Source: Caldilineaceae bacterium (GTDB lineage: Bacteria > Chloroflexota > Anaerolineae > Caldilineales > Caldilineaceae). Taken from it: a DNA stretch of 64,000 nt. The DNA is taken from positions 3,745,838 through 3,809,837 of the forward strand of contig OZ242384.1 in the NCBI GenBank assembly GCA_965208965.1, written 5' to 3'. The notes below the pieces were generated by a model, which was given only the letters and a program-made list of their open reading frames with translations, was not told the origin of the DNA and did not search any database. Of this stretch, positions 9,832-18,767 are shown one piece after another. Within the stretch, counting starts at the first letter, position 1; each line of letters opens with the position of its first letter. The translations under genes and the position numbers were made by a program.

Positions 9832-9864
9832 GCGCGCCGGCACTCTGTCTGCCGCAGGCTTCAG

Positions 9865-10518
9865 CTATTCGATGTCGGGGTAGGCCGCGGGCAGCGAGAC
9901 CCTCAGGCCCAGGATCGAGCACCAGACGAAATAGGCGAGATTCGCGACAAGAAGGTGCATCAGCACCGGAAGCACAAAGGGAGAAAGCAGCGACAGAACA
10001 CCGGCGACTGCGCCGGGTACCATCCAGGATGTTGGCAGCTTGTCCAGGATGACCAGATCGATGCAGATCCAGGTCGTCACGCCTCCCCCCATGAGTAGCC
10101 CTGCGCCCAGAAAAGTTAAGGCAAATTGCTCTACGAGATTCAGGTAGATGTCGAACCGTGCGACAGGATGGCCGTCGCTCAGAATCTCGGTCAGCCCAAA
10201 GAGGTTCATTCCGGCCAGGACACCGATGATCAGAAGAGTCGAGGCGACGACGACCAGCCCCGACTGGAGCATGCTGCTGATCCGGTGAACCGGCGAATAA
10301 TAGTGCTTCAAAGCCACCAGCAGGATCATCCACGCAAAAATAGCGATTAGCCAGAGCCAACCCCCAAGTCGCCACTGCCAGATGGAGTCCAGGGCCAACT
10401 GCGACGCCTCGTGCACTTGGACGGACTTGAGATAAAACGGTCTGAGAACGAGGAGAGAATAGATTCCAGCGGCGAGTGCAGCAATGCCGGCAAATCGAGC
10501 CGCACGAATCAGCTTCAT
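9865..10518 (-). CDS. hypothetical polytopic membrane protein (about 6 TM)
   Basis: Starts MKLIRAARFAGIAALAAGIY. ATG 10518 overlaps the recO stop in an ATGA arrangement. The sequence is strongly hydrophobic throughout. Confidence 0.6.
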   Translation of the reverse strand: MKLIRAARFAGIAALAAGIYSLLVLRPFYLKSVQVHEASQLALDSIWQWRLGGWLWLIAIFAWMILLVALKHYYSPVHRISSMLQSGLVVVASTLLIIGVLAGMNLFGLTEILSDGHPVARFDIYLNLVEQFALTFLGAGLLMGGGVTTWICIDLVILDKLPTSWMVPGAVAGVLSLLSPFVLPVLMHLLVANLAYFVWCSILGLRVSLPAAYPDIE

Positions 10519-11393
10519 CGGTCTCCCCCACTGTCTGAGTTCCCTGAATCGAGTGGGCGGCGATTGACACCGCTGGCGGCGGAAGGAGTTGCCGGATCGC
10601 CGCTGCTGGCTTCCTCCGCCGGGAACTGGCGCAAGCGGTATACGAAGTCGGTGGACTTCAAGCGGCGCTCGAGAATGGTCACAAGGTAGCGCTGCAGGAC
10701 GCTCTCCGCCGCCAGGGCCGTGGCGCGCCCGATTCGGAGGCCCCGCAACGACTCCCATTGGTTACGGGAGAGATGGCGCAGTATCCTCAGCGTCGCGACG
10801 TTGATCGGCTCTGCGCCCCGCGCCGTACGACCGCAACTGGGGCAGAATACTCCGCCGGCGTCCAGTTGCAGGAAATTCTCCACCGGCAGCAGATCATCCC
10901 CGCAGCCCAGACACGCGAACAGCGAGGGCTGAAAACCCATCATACGCAGGAGTTGCAGTTCATACCAGCGCAGCAGCAGATCCAACCTTGTTACGTCGCC
11001 CGAGGTGCTGTCCAACTCTCTCAGACAAATCAGAAGCAGCTCCCACACCGGTTCGAAGTCGTCCTCTTCGGCGGTGAAAGCGTCAACCAGTTCACAAACG
11101 TATGCGGCCCGGCCGATTCTGTCCAGGTCGTTGCGCAGCTGCAGAAAGCTTTCCACGGTAGCGCTTTCGGTAATGATGTCCCAGGTGCGCGCCCGCGCAA
11201 CCTGGAGATTGGCGTGGCTGAAGAGTTCCAGGTGCCCGGCCTGGCGGCTGGTTGTCTTGCGCGTACCTTTGGCGATGAGCATCCGTTTGCCCATGCGCGG
11301 TGTGAAGACTGTTAATATCCGGTCTGCGTCGCCGTAGTTTCGTCTCCGTAAAATCACGGCCCGCGTTCGGTAGGACTGGCTTCGCTCTGCCAC
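10515..11393 (-). CDS. recO: DNA repair protein RecO
   Basis: MAERSQSYRTRAVILRRRNYGDADRILTVFTPRMGK is an N-terminal OB-fold pattern. Zinc-finger cysteines CLGCG...CPSCG are present. GTG start at 11393. The C-terminal ~50 aa is a low-complexity extension. Confidence 0.9.
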   Translation of the reverse strand: MAERSQSYRTRAVILRRRNYGDADRILTVFTPRMGKRMLIAKGTRKTTSRQAGHLELFSHANLQVARARTWDIITESATVESFLQLRNDLDRIGRAAYVCELVDAFTAEEDDFEPVWELLLICLRELDSTSGDVTRLDLLLRWYELQLLRMMGFQPSLFACLGCGDDLLPVENFLQLDAGGVFCPSCGRTARGAEPINVATLRILRHLSRNQWESLRGLRIGRATALAAESVLQRYLVTILERRLKSTDFVYRLRQFPAEEASSGDPATPSAASGVNRRPLDSGNSDSGGDR

Positions 11394-11653
11394 TGGCGTT
11401 TCTCGCTTCTCCCTGCTGAATCCCCAACTGGGTTCAGGACCTGTCTGGACGCGGTGACATGCCCGGCTGATTGGCTCTTCAATGAGTCAGGCAGTGAAAT
11501 TCAGGTTGTTCCTTGGCGGACGCGTACGCGGAGGGCGAACCCATCGGAATAAAGTGCGTTCACCCTGTTGAAAGCTGCAGCGTCGTCAGACGAACATGGC
11601 GCGGCGTGCGTAATGTGGGTCTGCAGTCCGACGCAGCGCGGAGTCCGTCTCCC

Positions 11654-12682
11654 CTATCCTTGGTTCCTTCGGTCTTCCGCTTCGGTGGCCAGGAGATTGA
11701 GCTGTTCAGGTGTTCCCAGCGCGATCAGGGTGTCGCCCGCGCGCAGGGCAAACTCCACGCCCGGGTTGACGAATGTCTCGCCGTCGGGACGCCGTACGGC
11801 CAGGATATTGGCTCCCAGCCGCTTTCGCACTTCGGTGTCGGCGATGGTCTGGTCGCGCAGCGAAGATCGTTCGCCTACTCCGATGTCCTCGATCAGAATG
11901 TCGACCTCGCCGCGGTGAAATACGACGTCCATGAACTCCAGGATGTTGGGATGAATGAGTTGCCGCGCCATGCGCCGGCCGCTTGTGACATAGGGATTGA
12001 TCACATGGTTGACGCCGGCAATCTGCAGTTTGCGCTCGCTCTCAAAGCTGTTTGCACGAGATATTATCGTGAGTTCGGGGTTCAGGGCGCGGGCCGTCAG
12101 CGCTACATAGACGTTGTCGGAGTCGTTGGGAAGGCAGCAGCAGATCCCGGATGCCCGCTCGATTCCGGCTCGAATGAGGGCCGCGTCGTCGGTCGCATTG
12201 CCTTCAACGGGAATCACACCCAGGTTTTCTAAGTCCGGCCCCAGCGTTGCCAGAATCTCGACCACCACAAGTGAAACTCTGTTAGTCAGGAGTTCCTTTG
12301 CGACCTGCTCGCCCACGCGACCGTACCCACAGACGATGAAATGTCCGTTCATTTTATCGATCCGGTTCTGCATGCGTTTTCTCCATATGAGGCCGCGGAA
12401 CTCACCTGCGACGATTACGTCAGCCAGAGTGCTGATGGCATAGGCGGTCGTACTGACGCCGAGAATGATCAATCCGCCGGTGAAAACGCGGCCAATGGGC
12501 GAGAGCGGTCGAATCTCGCCGAATCCAACTGTACTGATAGTAATGACAGTCATATAGATGCTGTCGGTCCACGGCCAGCCTTCGATCAACATGTAGCCCC
12601 CGCTGCCAACGCCGAAAAGGAGGAGATAGAGCGTCGCCACGAAGATTAGGTGTTGATAGAGCCTGCGGGCAGTAACTGTCAA
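11654..12682 (-). CDS. potassium channel protein with RCK/TrkA-N and TrkA-C domains
   Basis: Selectivity filter TVGFGE. Rossmann motif FIVCGYGRVGEQVAKEL. TTG start at 12682, preceded by AGGAGG at 9 nt. Confidence 0.85.
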   Translation of the reverse strand: MTVTARRLYQHLIFVATLYLLLFGVGSGGYMLIEGWPWTDSIYMTVITISTVGFGEIRPLSPIGRVFTGGLIILGVSTTAYAISTLADVIVAGEFRGLIWRKRMQNRIDKMNGHFIVCGYGRVGEQVAKELLTNRVSLVVVEILATLGPDLENLGVIPVEGNATDDAALIRAGIERASGICCCLPNDSDNVYVALTARALNPELTIISRANSFESERKLQIAGVNHVINPYVTSGRRMARQLIHPNILEFMDVVFHRGEVDILIEDIGVGERSSLRDQTIADTEVRKRLGANILAVRRPDGETFVNPGVEFALRAGDTLIALGTPEQLNLLATEAEDRRNQG

Positions 12683-12756
12683 GTCCGCATGCCTCCTGAT
12701 TCGGACTGATCAACGGCGTCTCTGGTAAGGGGATTTGCCGGAAAATGTAGCGAGTC

Positions 12757-13686
12757 CTATTGAGTCGGCTTCTGAGCCTGACGCTGTTCTTCACGCTTGA
12801 CAAATACGGGTACAGTGCGGCCGCGCCTTCGGAATTGGAGTGACTCGTAAAGATTCTGGGAGGGCGTATTGCTTTCCTGCGTGTTGAGAAAGACTCGACC
12901 GAATCCCAGGTCGGTAGCGCGGCAAAGGCCCGCTACAAGCAGCTGACGACCTACGCCTCTTGTCTGAGCCCTTGGGTGAACGGCAAGACGCACAAGCTGC
13001 GCTGACCCGGATCCTTGCCGTGATCCATCCGAAACCAGGCGAAGAGCTGAATACCCCACCGTCGTCTCCGCCGCCTCCGCGATCTCTATGTGACAGTCGC
13101 GCTGCAGTTGCTGCAGTTCGGTCACGCCCATGTGCCACAGGGGTTCGAAGGCCGCGGCGTCCAACTTGGCCAGCTTGGGCAGATCGGATGGCTGTGCCGG
13201 ACGCAGTGCGGCCGGCTGCGAAACTGGCTCCACGGTGCTGGACCTGCGTTCATAGAACCGGACCGCATCCCACTGGTCGAAACCGGACTCCTTCAGGCTG
13301 GCCCGGAGCCACCCCTGCCTGGTCAGCGCGAAAAAGAGATAGCCTTGAGATTGCAGTGGAAGCTGCTGACGCGTGTGCTCGAACAGCGCACGAAAATGCG
13401 ATCGCGCAGCCGGCCCGGCAGACGAAATCGCAGCCGCCCGCAGGGGAACCTTTGACGGCGCCGATTCAGGTAGGGCCTGAGACCTCAGGACGCGGTCGAA
13501 GGCGACAAAGCCCTTCAGCTTTCTTGTATGCCGGTCGACGAAGACTGCGTTTACGCCTCTGATCAGCTCAGGCTCCTCACTGTTACCCAGGTCATCGTAG
13601 TAGTAGCTGCGCAAGCTTTCGGCGTGCAAACGCTGCAGCTCAGGCAGATCTTCCAACCGACCGGGGCGAATCGACGAATGGTTCAT
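12757..13686 (-). CDS. tandem-GNAT acetyltransferase
   Basis: The C-terminal GNAT motif is LVRLAVHPRAQTRGVGRQLLVAGL. A second, weaker GNAT-like N-terminal half is present. ATG 13686 overlaps the rfbB stop (ATGA). Confidence 0.75.
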   Translation of the reverse strand: MNHSSIRPGRLEDLPELQRLHAESLRSYYYDDLGNSEEPELIRGVNAVFVDRHTRKLKGFVAFDRVLRSQALPESAPSKVPLRAAAISSAGPAARSHFRALFEHTRQQLPLQSQGYLFFALTRQGWLRASLKESGFDQWDAVRFYERRSSTVEPVSQPAALRPAQPSDLPKLAKLDAAAFEPLWHMGVTELQQLQRDCHIEIAEAAETTVGYSALRLVSDGSRQGSGSAQLVRLAVHPRAQTRGVGRQLLVAGLCRATDLGFGRVFLNTQESNTPSQNLYESLQFRRRGRTVPVFVKREEQRQAQKPTQ

Positions 13687-14720
13687 CTCTGAGGATCGAG
13701 CTCTCTGCGTTCTCCGTAGACTGTTTCGTAGTACGCTTTGAACTCCCCGTCCCGAATAGGTTGCCACCACCAACGGTTGTCCCGGTACCATCGGGCGGTC
13801 GCTCGGATCGCCTCCTCGGGCGTGTAATCCGGCTCCCAGCCCAGGGCCAGAGTCTTGCCTACGTCCAGGCTGTAGCGGCGGTCGTGTCCCAGCCTGTCTT
13901 CGACGTGCCGGATAAGGCTGCGGGGCCTGTCAAGCTCGTCGATCAGGATCTCTACCATGGCAAGATTGGTCATCTCGCTGCCCGTGCCAATGTTATATGC
14001 TTCGCCGATGCGGCCTTTTTTTAGGATGAGGTGAATTGCCGCGCAGTGATCGGCCACGTATTGGTAGTCCCGCATCTGTTTTCCGTCACCGTAAACGGGC
14101 AAAGGAATGGACTCGAGGGCGTTCGTAACGAAGAGCGGGACCACCTTTTCGGGGTACTGGTAGGGCCCGATGTTGTTGGCGCCGCGGCTGATGGTCACGG
14201 GCAGGCCGTAGGTGATATGATAGGCGTTGACGAAGAGGTCTGCGCTGGCCTTGCTGGCGGAATAGGGGCTGCGCGGGGCCAGGGCGTCGCCTTCGACCGA
14301 ACGGCGTTTGCCCGCTATGTGGCCGTATACTTCGTCGGTGCTGATCTGGTGGAAGCGGAGATTTCCCAGTTTGCGGGCGGCTTCCAGAAGCACGTAGGTT
14401 CCGTAAACGTCGGTCTTTACGAAGGCGTCGGGATCGAGAATTGATCTGTCTACGTGCGTTTCCGCCGCGAAATTGATGATTGTGTCGATTTTGCAGGCGG
14501 CAACCGCCTCTTCCACCTTGGCCGCGTCGCAGATGTCACCCTGAACGAACTGGTAGCGACCCCCGAACCGCTCGCCGACTTCGGCAAGGTTTTCGAGACG
14601 GCCGGCGTACGTCAGCTTGTCGAAAACTGTTACCTTCACGTCCGGTTCGCAGCTGAGGATGTAGCGGACAAAATTACAGCCGATAAATCCTGCCCCGCCC
14701 GTAACCAGGATGTCTTTCAT
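13683..14720 (-). CDS. rfbB: dTDP-glucose 4,6-dehydratase
   Basis: MKDILVTGGAGFIGCNFVRYIL plus the YSASKA catalytic motif. The full length shows the RmlB pattern. Confidence 0.95.
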   Translation of the reverse strand: MKDILVTGGAGFIGCNFVRYILSCEPDVKVTVFDKLTYAGRLENLAEVGERFGGRYQFVQGDICDAAKVEEAVAACKIDTIINFAAETHVDRSILDPDAFVKTDVYGTYVLLEAARKLGNLRFHQISTDEVYGHIAGKRRSVEGDALAPRSPYSASKASADLFVNAYHITYGLPVTISRGANNIGPYQYPEKVVPLFVTNALESIPLPVYGDGKQMRDYQYVADHCAAIHLILKKGRIGEAYNIGTGSEMTNLAMVEILIDELDRPRSLIRHVEDRLGHDRRYSLDVGKTLALGWEPDYTPEEAIRATARWYRDNRWWWQPIRDGEFKAYYETVYGERRELDPQR

Positions 14721-14749
14721 CTGAGTCTTCTATAGTCTTGCTTGGTACG

Positions 14750-15568
14750 TTATACGCGCCATTCGGGCCTGCTCTCCCAGGTGCGGCGCAATCTCCTCAC
14801 CCTCCCGGGTTGACGGCTGGCGGGCAGGGGAAACTCAACCCCCAGCGTCAATGTCGGCAGCTGTTGCAGCGGCGGCAGGAGGCACTCGTCGAGGCCGGGA
14901 GACGCGGGACCGCGCCAAGCCCACTGCCAATACGCTTTCTCTTCCCCTCCGGCGGTCGCGGCGAGGAAATCAATGTCGTTCCAGAGTGCGCTTCGCGTCT
15001 CGACCGCGACTTCAAGCACTTTTTCCCAGTAGGCGCGCATCTTTGGCTGCTCGAATTCGATAAAGTGCGCTGTGAAACTGGAACTGTCTGCGGACGAGTT
15101 GAAGGGGGGTCTGGCCGTCTGATAGGCCGGGAAAAACTCCTGCGCCCAATACTGTTCGGCGCGGTGGAAGGAGGGCAGAAGAAGATCGGCAAAGAAGGTG
15201 ACGTTTACCGTGCTTACCCGCTCCTCCACGTCGACGAGGCACGGGGCATGTTCCGGCCACAGGTCGAAAAAGGCCGGAATATCGAACGCCTTCCATTCGC
15301 CGTATGCCCTGGCCAGCCGGCGCAGTTTATCCGCCACCTGGGAGATGGCTGTTACGGCGGTCTGCACCTCTCTGGGGCCGGTCCGGTTTTGCACGAGATA
15401 GGCAGGCGAAAGAGATCGTGTCCTGAAGATTTCCGTGAAAGATGCAGGTAGCACGCACCTGTCAATCTGGCGCATTCTAGCCGCCAGCGCCGGAACGCTG
15501 CGGACCGCGGCCATGCTCTTGGTTTGTGCGCCATCGCGCCTTTCGAAGGCGACCGTCGTATGGGACAT
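14750..15568 (-). CDS. hypothetical protein embedded between rfbA and rfbB
   Basis: Starts [16 protein letters not shown] 15568 shares one nt with the rfbA stop (TGATG). Third-position GC is high in this frame. I recognise no family. The antisense ORF 14738..15451 is judged to be a shadow. Confidence 0.55.
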   Translation of the reverse strand: MSHTTVAFERRDGAQTKSMAAVRSVPALAARMRQIDRCVLPASFTEIFRTRSLSPAYLVQNRTGPREVQTAVTAISQVADKLRRLARAYGEWKAFDIPAFFDLWPEHAPCLVDVEERVSTVNVTFFADLLLPSFHRAEQYWAQEFFPAYQTARPPFNSSADSSSFTAHFIEFEQPKMRAYWEKVLEVAVETRSALWNDIDFLAATAGGEEKAYWQWAWRGPASPGLDECLLPPLQQLPTLTLGVEFPLPASRQPGRVRRLRRTWESRPEWRV

Positions 15569-16455
15569 CAGGATAGTGACTCTGAGAACTCGTCCCGAAG
15601 GAGCTGCAGAAGATAACTGCCGTATCGGTTTGTCTGCAGCGCTTCGGCCAGCGCTCGGAACTGCTCGCGATCTATGAATCCCTGCCTCAGGGCGATTTCC
15701 TCCGGGCAGGAAATCATCATTCCCTGCCTCTCCTGCAGGGCTTGCACAAAATTGGCGGCTTGCAGGAGAGATTCGTGGGTGCCGGCATCCAGCCACGCAA
15801 AGCCGCGGCCCAGAATCTCAACTCGCAGCTTCCCCCGCTCCAGGTAGAAGTTGTTTATGTCGGTAATCTCCAATTCACCCCTGGCGGAAGGCTCCAAATG
15901 CTCCGCCGCTTCAAGGACGCGGTTGTCATAAAAGTATACGCCCGGCACGGCATAATTGGAACGGGGCTGCTGCGGCTTCTCCTCTATGCTCAAAGCCCTG
16001 CCTGAATCGTTGAACTCAACCACGCCGTATCGACGGGGGTCGGCGACGGGATAGGCGAAGACGAGGGCGCCCTGATCGAGGTTGGCCGCCCTCCGCAGGA
16101 TTTCCGGCAAGCCGTGGCCGTAAAAGATGTTGTCGCCCAACGCCAGGCATACGCTGGAGTCGCCGACGAACTCCCTGCCTATGACGAAGGCATCGGCAAT
16201 GCCGCGGGGCTGGGACTGTTCTACATAGGCGAATTGAACGCCCCACTGGCTGCCGTCCCTGAGCAGTTCTCTGTACAGGGGAAGAGCGGTCGGCGTGCTC
16301 ACGACAAGGACATCCCGAATCCCCGCCAGCATCAGCATCGACAGGGGGTAATAGATCATCGGCTTGTCGTAGACCGGCAGGATCTGTTTGCTCAGGCTTG
16401 TGGTAAGGGGATAAAGCCGGGTACCGTGGCCTCCGGCGAGAAGGATGCCTTTCAT
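15568..16455 (-). CDS. rfbA: glucose-1-phosphate thymidylyltransferase
   Basis: [46 protein letters not shown] is the canonical RmlA N-terminus. ATG at 16455 follows a GGGGGTGG RBS. Confidence 0.95.
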   Translation of the reverse strand: MKGILLAGGHGTRLYPLTTSLSKQILPVYDKPMIYYPLSMLMLAGIRDVLVVSTPTALPLYRELLRDGSQWGVQFAYVEQSQPRGIADAFVIGREFVGDSSVCLALGDNIFYGHGLPEILRRAANLDQGALVFAYPVADPRRYGVVEFNDSGRALSIEEKPQQPRSNYAVPGVYFYDNRVLEAAEHLEPSARGELEITDINNFYLERGKLRVEILGRGFAWLDAGTHESLLQAANFVQALQERQGMMISCPEEIALRQGFIDREQFRALAEALQTNRYGSYLLQLLRDEFSESLS

Positions 16456-16557
16456 CACACCACCCCCGGCTTGGCGCGGCGAAAGGGAAATTCGACGGTA
16501 AGTGGTGAGAGAGTGCTTGTCTTTCTGGACATGACTATCGCCGATCGAGGGCAAACT

Positions 16558-17208
16558 CTACTGTCCGTAGCCGGTGACAACCATTGAATCTTCAGCATCC
16601 AGCAGCACGGCGCCAATGATATTTGTCTGGACCTTTTCCAGTACTTCCTTGGCTCGCTGCGCCTGGTCCCGCTTGGTGCGTCCCGCCGTTACCGCCAAGA
16701 GCGTTCCATCTACCTGGCTGGCCCAGAGAGCAGCATCCGTAACCGCCAGAACCGGGGGCGCGTCGACAAGGATATAGTCCGCTTCACCGGATAGTGTTTC
16801 GAGCAGTTCGGCAAGCCTCTTGTGACTGAGGAGTGCGACGGGGTTTGGCGGCAGGGGCCCGGCCGCAAGCAGACGCAGGTGCGGCACCTGTGTCTCCATC
16901 AGCGCAGGTTCGCCTCCCTTCTGCAACCAGTTCGTCAAACCTGCATCCCCCCTGGTACCGAAGATTACATGTTGGAGAGGGCGGCGTAGATCGCCGTCAA
17001 CGACGATTACCCGGTCGCCTGCATTGGCCATTACGACGGCAAGATTGGCCAGGGCGTCGCTCTTGTCCGTCTCTTTATCGGGGCATGTAACAAGCAATGT
17101 ACTCAGCTCCGTGCCCAGACCGGAGAACTCGATATTGGTGCGAAGACTCTGGTAGGCTTCGGCAGCGGCGCTGCGGGGTGCGGTCAATGTAACCAGGTCT
17201 GAGGACAT
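16558..17208 (-). CDS. BY-kinase (CpsD/CapB)-like ATPase with a degenerate P-loop
   Basis: Walker A' (VIVVDGDLRRP) and Walker B (YILVDAPPVL) are conserved. The Walker A position reads CPDKETDKSD instead of G-x-G-K-S/T. The C-terminus (...VVTGYGQ) has a single Tyr. Confidence 0.75.
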   Translation of the reverse strand: MSSDLVTLTAPRSAAAEAYQSLRTNIEFSGLGTELSTLLVTCPDKETDKSDALANLAVVMANAGDRVIVVDGDLRRPLQHVIFGTRGDAGLTNWLQKGGEPALMETQVPHLRLLAAGPLPPNPVALLSHKRLAELLETLSGEADYILVDAPPVLAVTDAALWASQVDGTLLAVTAGRTKRDQAQRAKEVLEKVQTNIIGAVLLDAEDSMVVTGYGQ

Positions 17209-17271
17209 CTGCCAATCCTTTGAAGAATCTGCCTGGGCAGGGGTTGTGACTCTCGGAGTGTCCCCTGCCCC

Positions 17272-17985
17272 CTAAGCGCTTACGGCCGGCGTGGGAATGC
17301 CTTCCCGCACCTCGGTCTTCGAAGCCGAACTTGAGTTTGTTACGGGAATCGCCCCGAGAACGGTCAGATCAAGCGTCCGCTCCACCGAATCGGGTGTTCG
17401 AAGGAATCCGCTTTCGATCCAGATAATCAGCAGAATCAGGCCGACCCCCAACAGGAAGCCGAGTACTGCGCCTGCCATGGCATTGATGAGAGGCTGCGGC
17501 TGGTAGCGGGCCCCCTCGATCACACTGCTGACGATCTTGACCTCGATTCGGTCGCGTTTGTCCTGTTGCGCGTAGTAGGCCGTCCGTTCGTCGACAAAAT
17601 ACTCGGCCAGGGTTAATGCCATGTTTTCCGATACGATCTTGTCTCTGGATCGGGATTCGATCTCGATCGTGAAAGTGGACGAATCGGGCGCAACATTCGT
17701 CAGTCGCATGAACTCGCTCGGGTGCATGTCCAGCTGTGCTCGTGCGATTACCTCCTCGGCGACTTCAAATGTCTGCAGATTGAGTACGAAGTTGCGCATC
17801 AGCTCCTTGGCCGAGTTTCCCAGCCCCCAATCCGGTCGCGCTGGAACAGTACTTACATGGACCGTCGACCTGTACATCTCAACCTGGAGATAGCTGACTC
17901 CGTATGAGAGCGCACTTGCCAGCAGGACTGCTGCTATGAGGATCCAGCCGAATCGACGCACTACGCCACTGTATTCCTGTATCAC
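17272..17985 (-). CDS. Wzz/CpsC-like chain-length determinant protein
   Basis: N-terminal TM (FGWILIAAVLLASALSYGV), a periplasmic-type middle and a C-terminal TM (AVLGFLLGVGLILLIIWI). GTG start with a GGAGGAG RBS. Confidence 0.7.
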   Translation of the reverse strand: MIQEYSGVVRRFGWILIAAVLLASALSYGVSYLQVEMYRSTVHVSTVPARPDWGLGNSAKELMRNFVLNLQTFEVAEEVIARAQLDMHPSEFMRLTNVAPDSSTFTIEIESRSRDKIVSENMALTLAEYFVDERTAYYAQQDKRDRIEVKIVSSVIEGARYQPQPLINAMAGAVLGFLLGVGLILLIIWIESGFLRTPDSVERTLDLTVLGAIPVTNSSSASKTEVREGIPTPAVSA

Positions 17986-18066
17986 AAACTCCTCCGATCT
18001 GCAGCATCGGCTGCGCCATGGGCTGTGGCAGACTGCGCCACGGCAGACTCTTGCCGGGACCCCCGT

Positions 18067-18762
18067 CTACCTTCGCTGCTTGGGGACGGCGACCAAAAGT
18101 GAGAGGCCCAGTTCTTCCAATTCTCGCCTGCGCCGTACGGTATCGTCGAGGTACTCCTGCAGGAAGGCCAGGCCGATGCCGGCGACCAGGGCCAGCAGGA
18201 TGCGCAAAGGCCATTCGACGCGCTGACGGGCACTGGGGCCCACCGGAACTACGGTCGGCGGATCCATAACGTAGACGCCGGCGCCTTGGGTTCCCAGCTG
18301 GGCAAAATATGCGGCTGCGTTGTCCTCCAACTCGGCAACTGCCGCGGCCCCGATCTCCTGCAGCTGCGCGGCACTGTGCCAGTTGAAAGTGAGCCGGATG
18401 ATACGGTGCTGTTTGCCTGTATTGGCGCTTGCGCTGAGCAGGCCGGCCGGTATGGCAATCTCCCTTTCGGCCAGGCGGGCATTTACGGCGCTCGCAAACA
18501 GCTCGGATCCCAGCACTTCGGTGAAGTCGTCAACCAGGTATTCGCTGGTCATCCAGGCGTAGTAGCGGGGGTCGTACTCTCCGTCCTCTACGCCTTCCAG
18601 GGGCAGAACGCCTACCAGTAGGCGCATCGAAGCGCTGTAAGTCGGGGGCGGCGTCTCCCAGGGGCGCAGCTGCACCGCGCTGAAAAGGGCAACCAGGACG
18701 GGCAGGAGGATTGGGGCAGCCCAGCGCCTCCTCAGGATTGCCCAGTACTCCCGAAGTTCCAT
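18067..18762 (-). CDS. Wzz/CpsC-like chain-length determinant protein (second paralog)
   Basis: MELREYWAILRRRWAAPILLPVLVALFSAV... plus a C-terminal TM (LRILLALVAGIGLAFL). It starts 5 nt after the mutS2 stop. Confidence 0.7.
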   Translation of the reverse strand: MELREYWAILRRRWAAPILLPVLVALFSAVQLRPWETPPPTYSASMRLLVGVLPLEGVEDGEYDPRYYAWMTSEYLVDDFTEVLGSELFASAVNARLAEREIAIPAGLLSASANTGKQHRIIRLTFNWHSAAQLQEIGAAAVAELEDNAAAYFAQLGTQGAGVYVMDPPTVVPVGPSARQRVEWPLRILLALVAGIGLAFLQEYLDDTVRRRRELEELGLSLLVAVPKQRR

Positions 18763-18767
18763 GGCCC

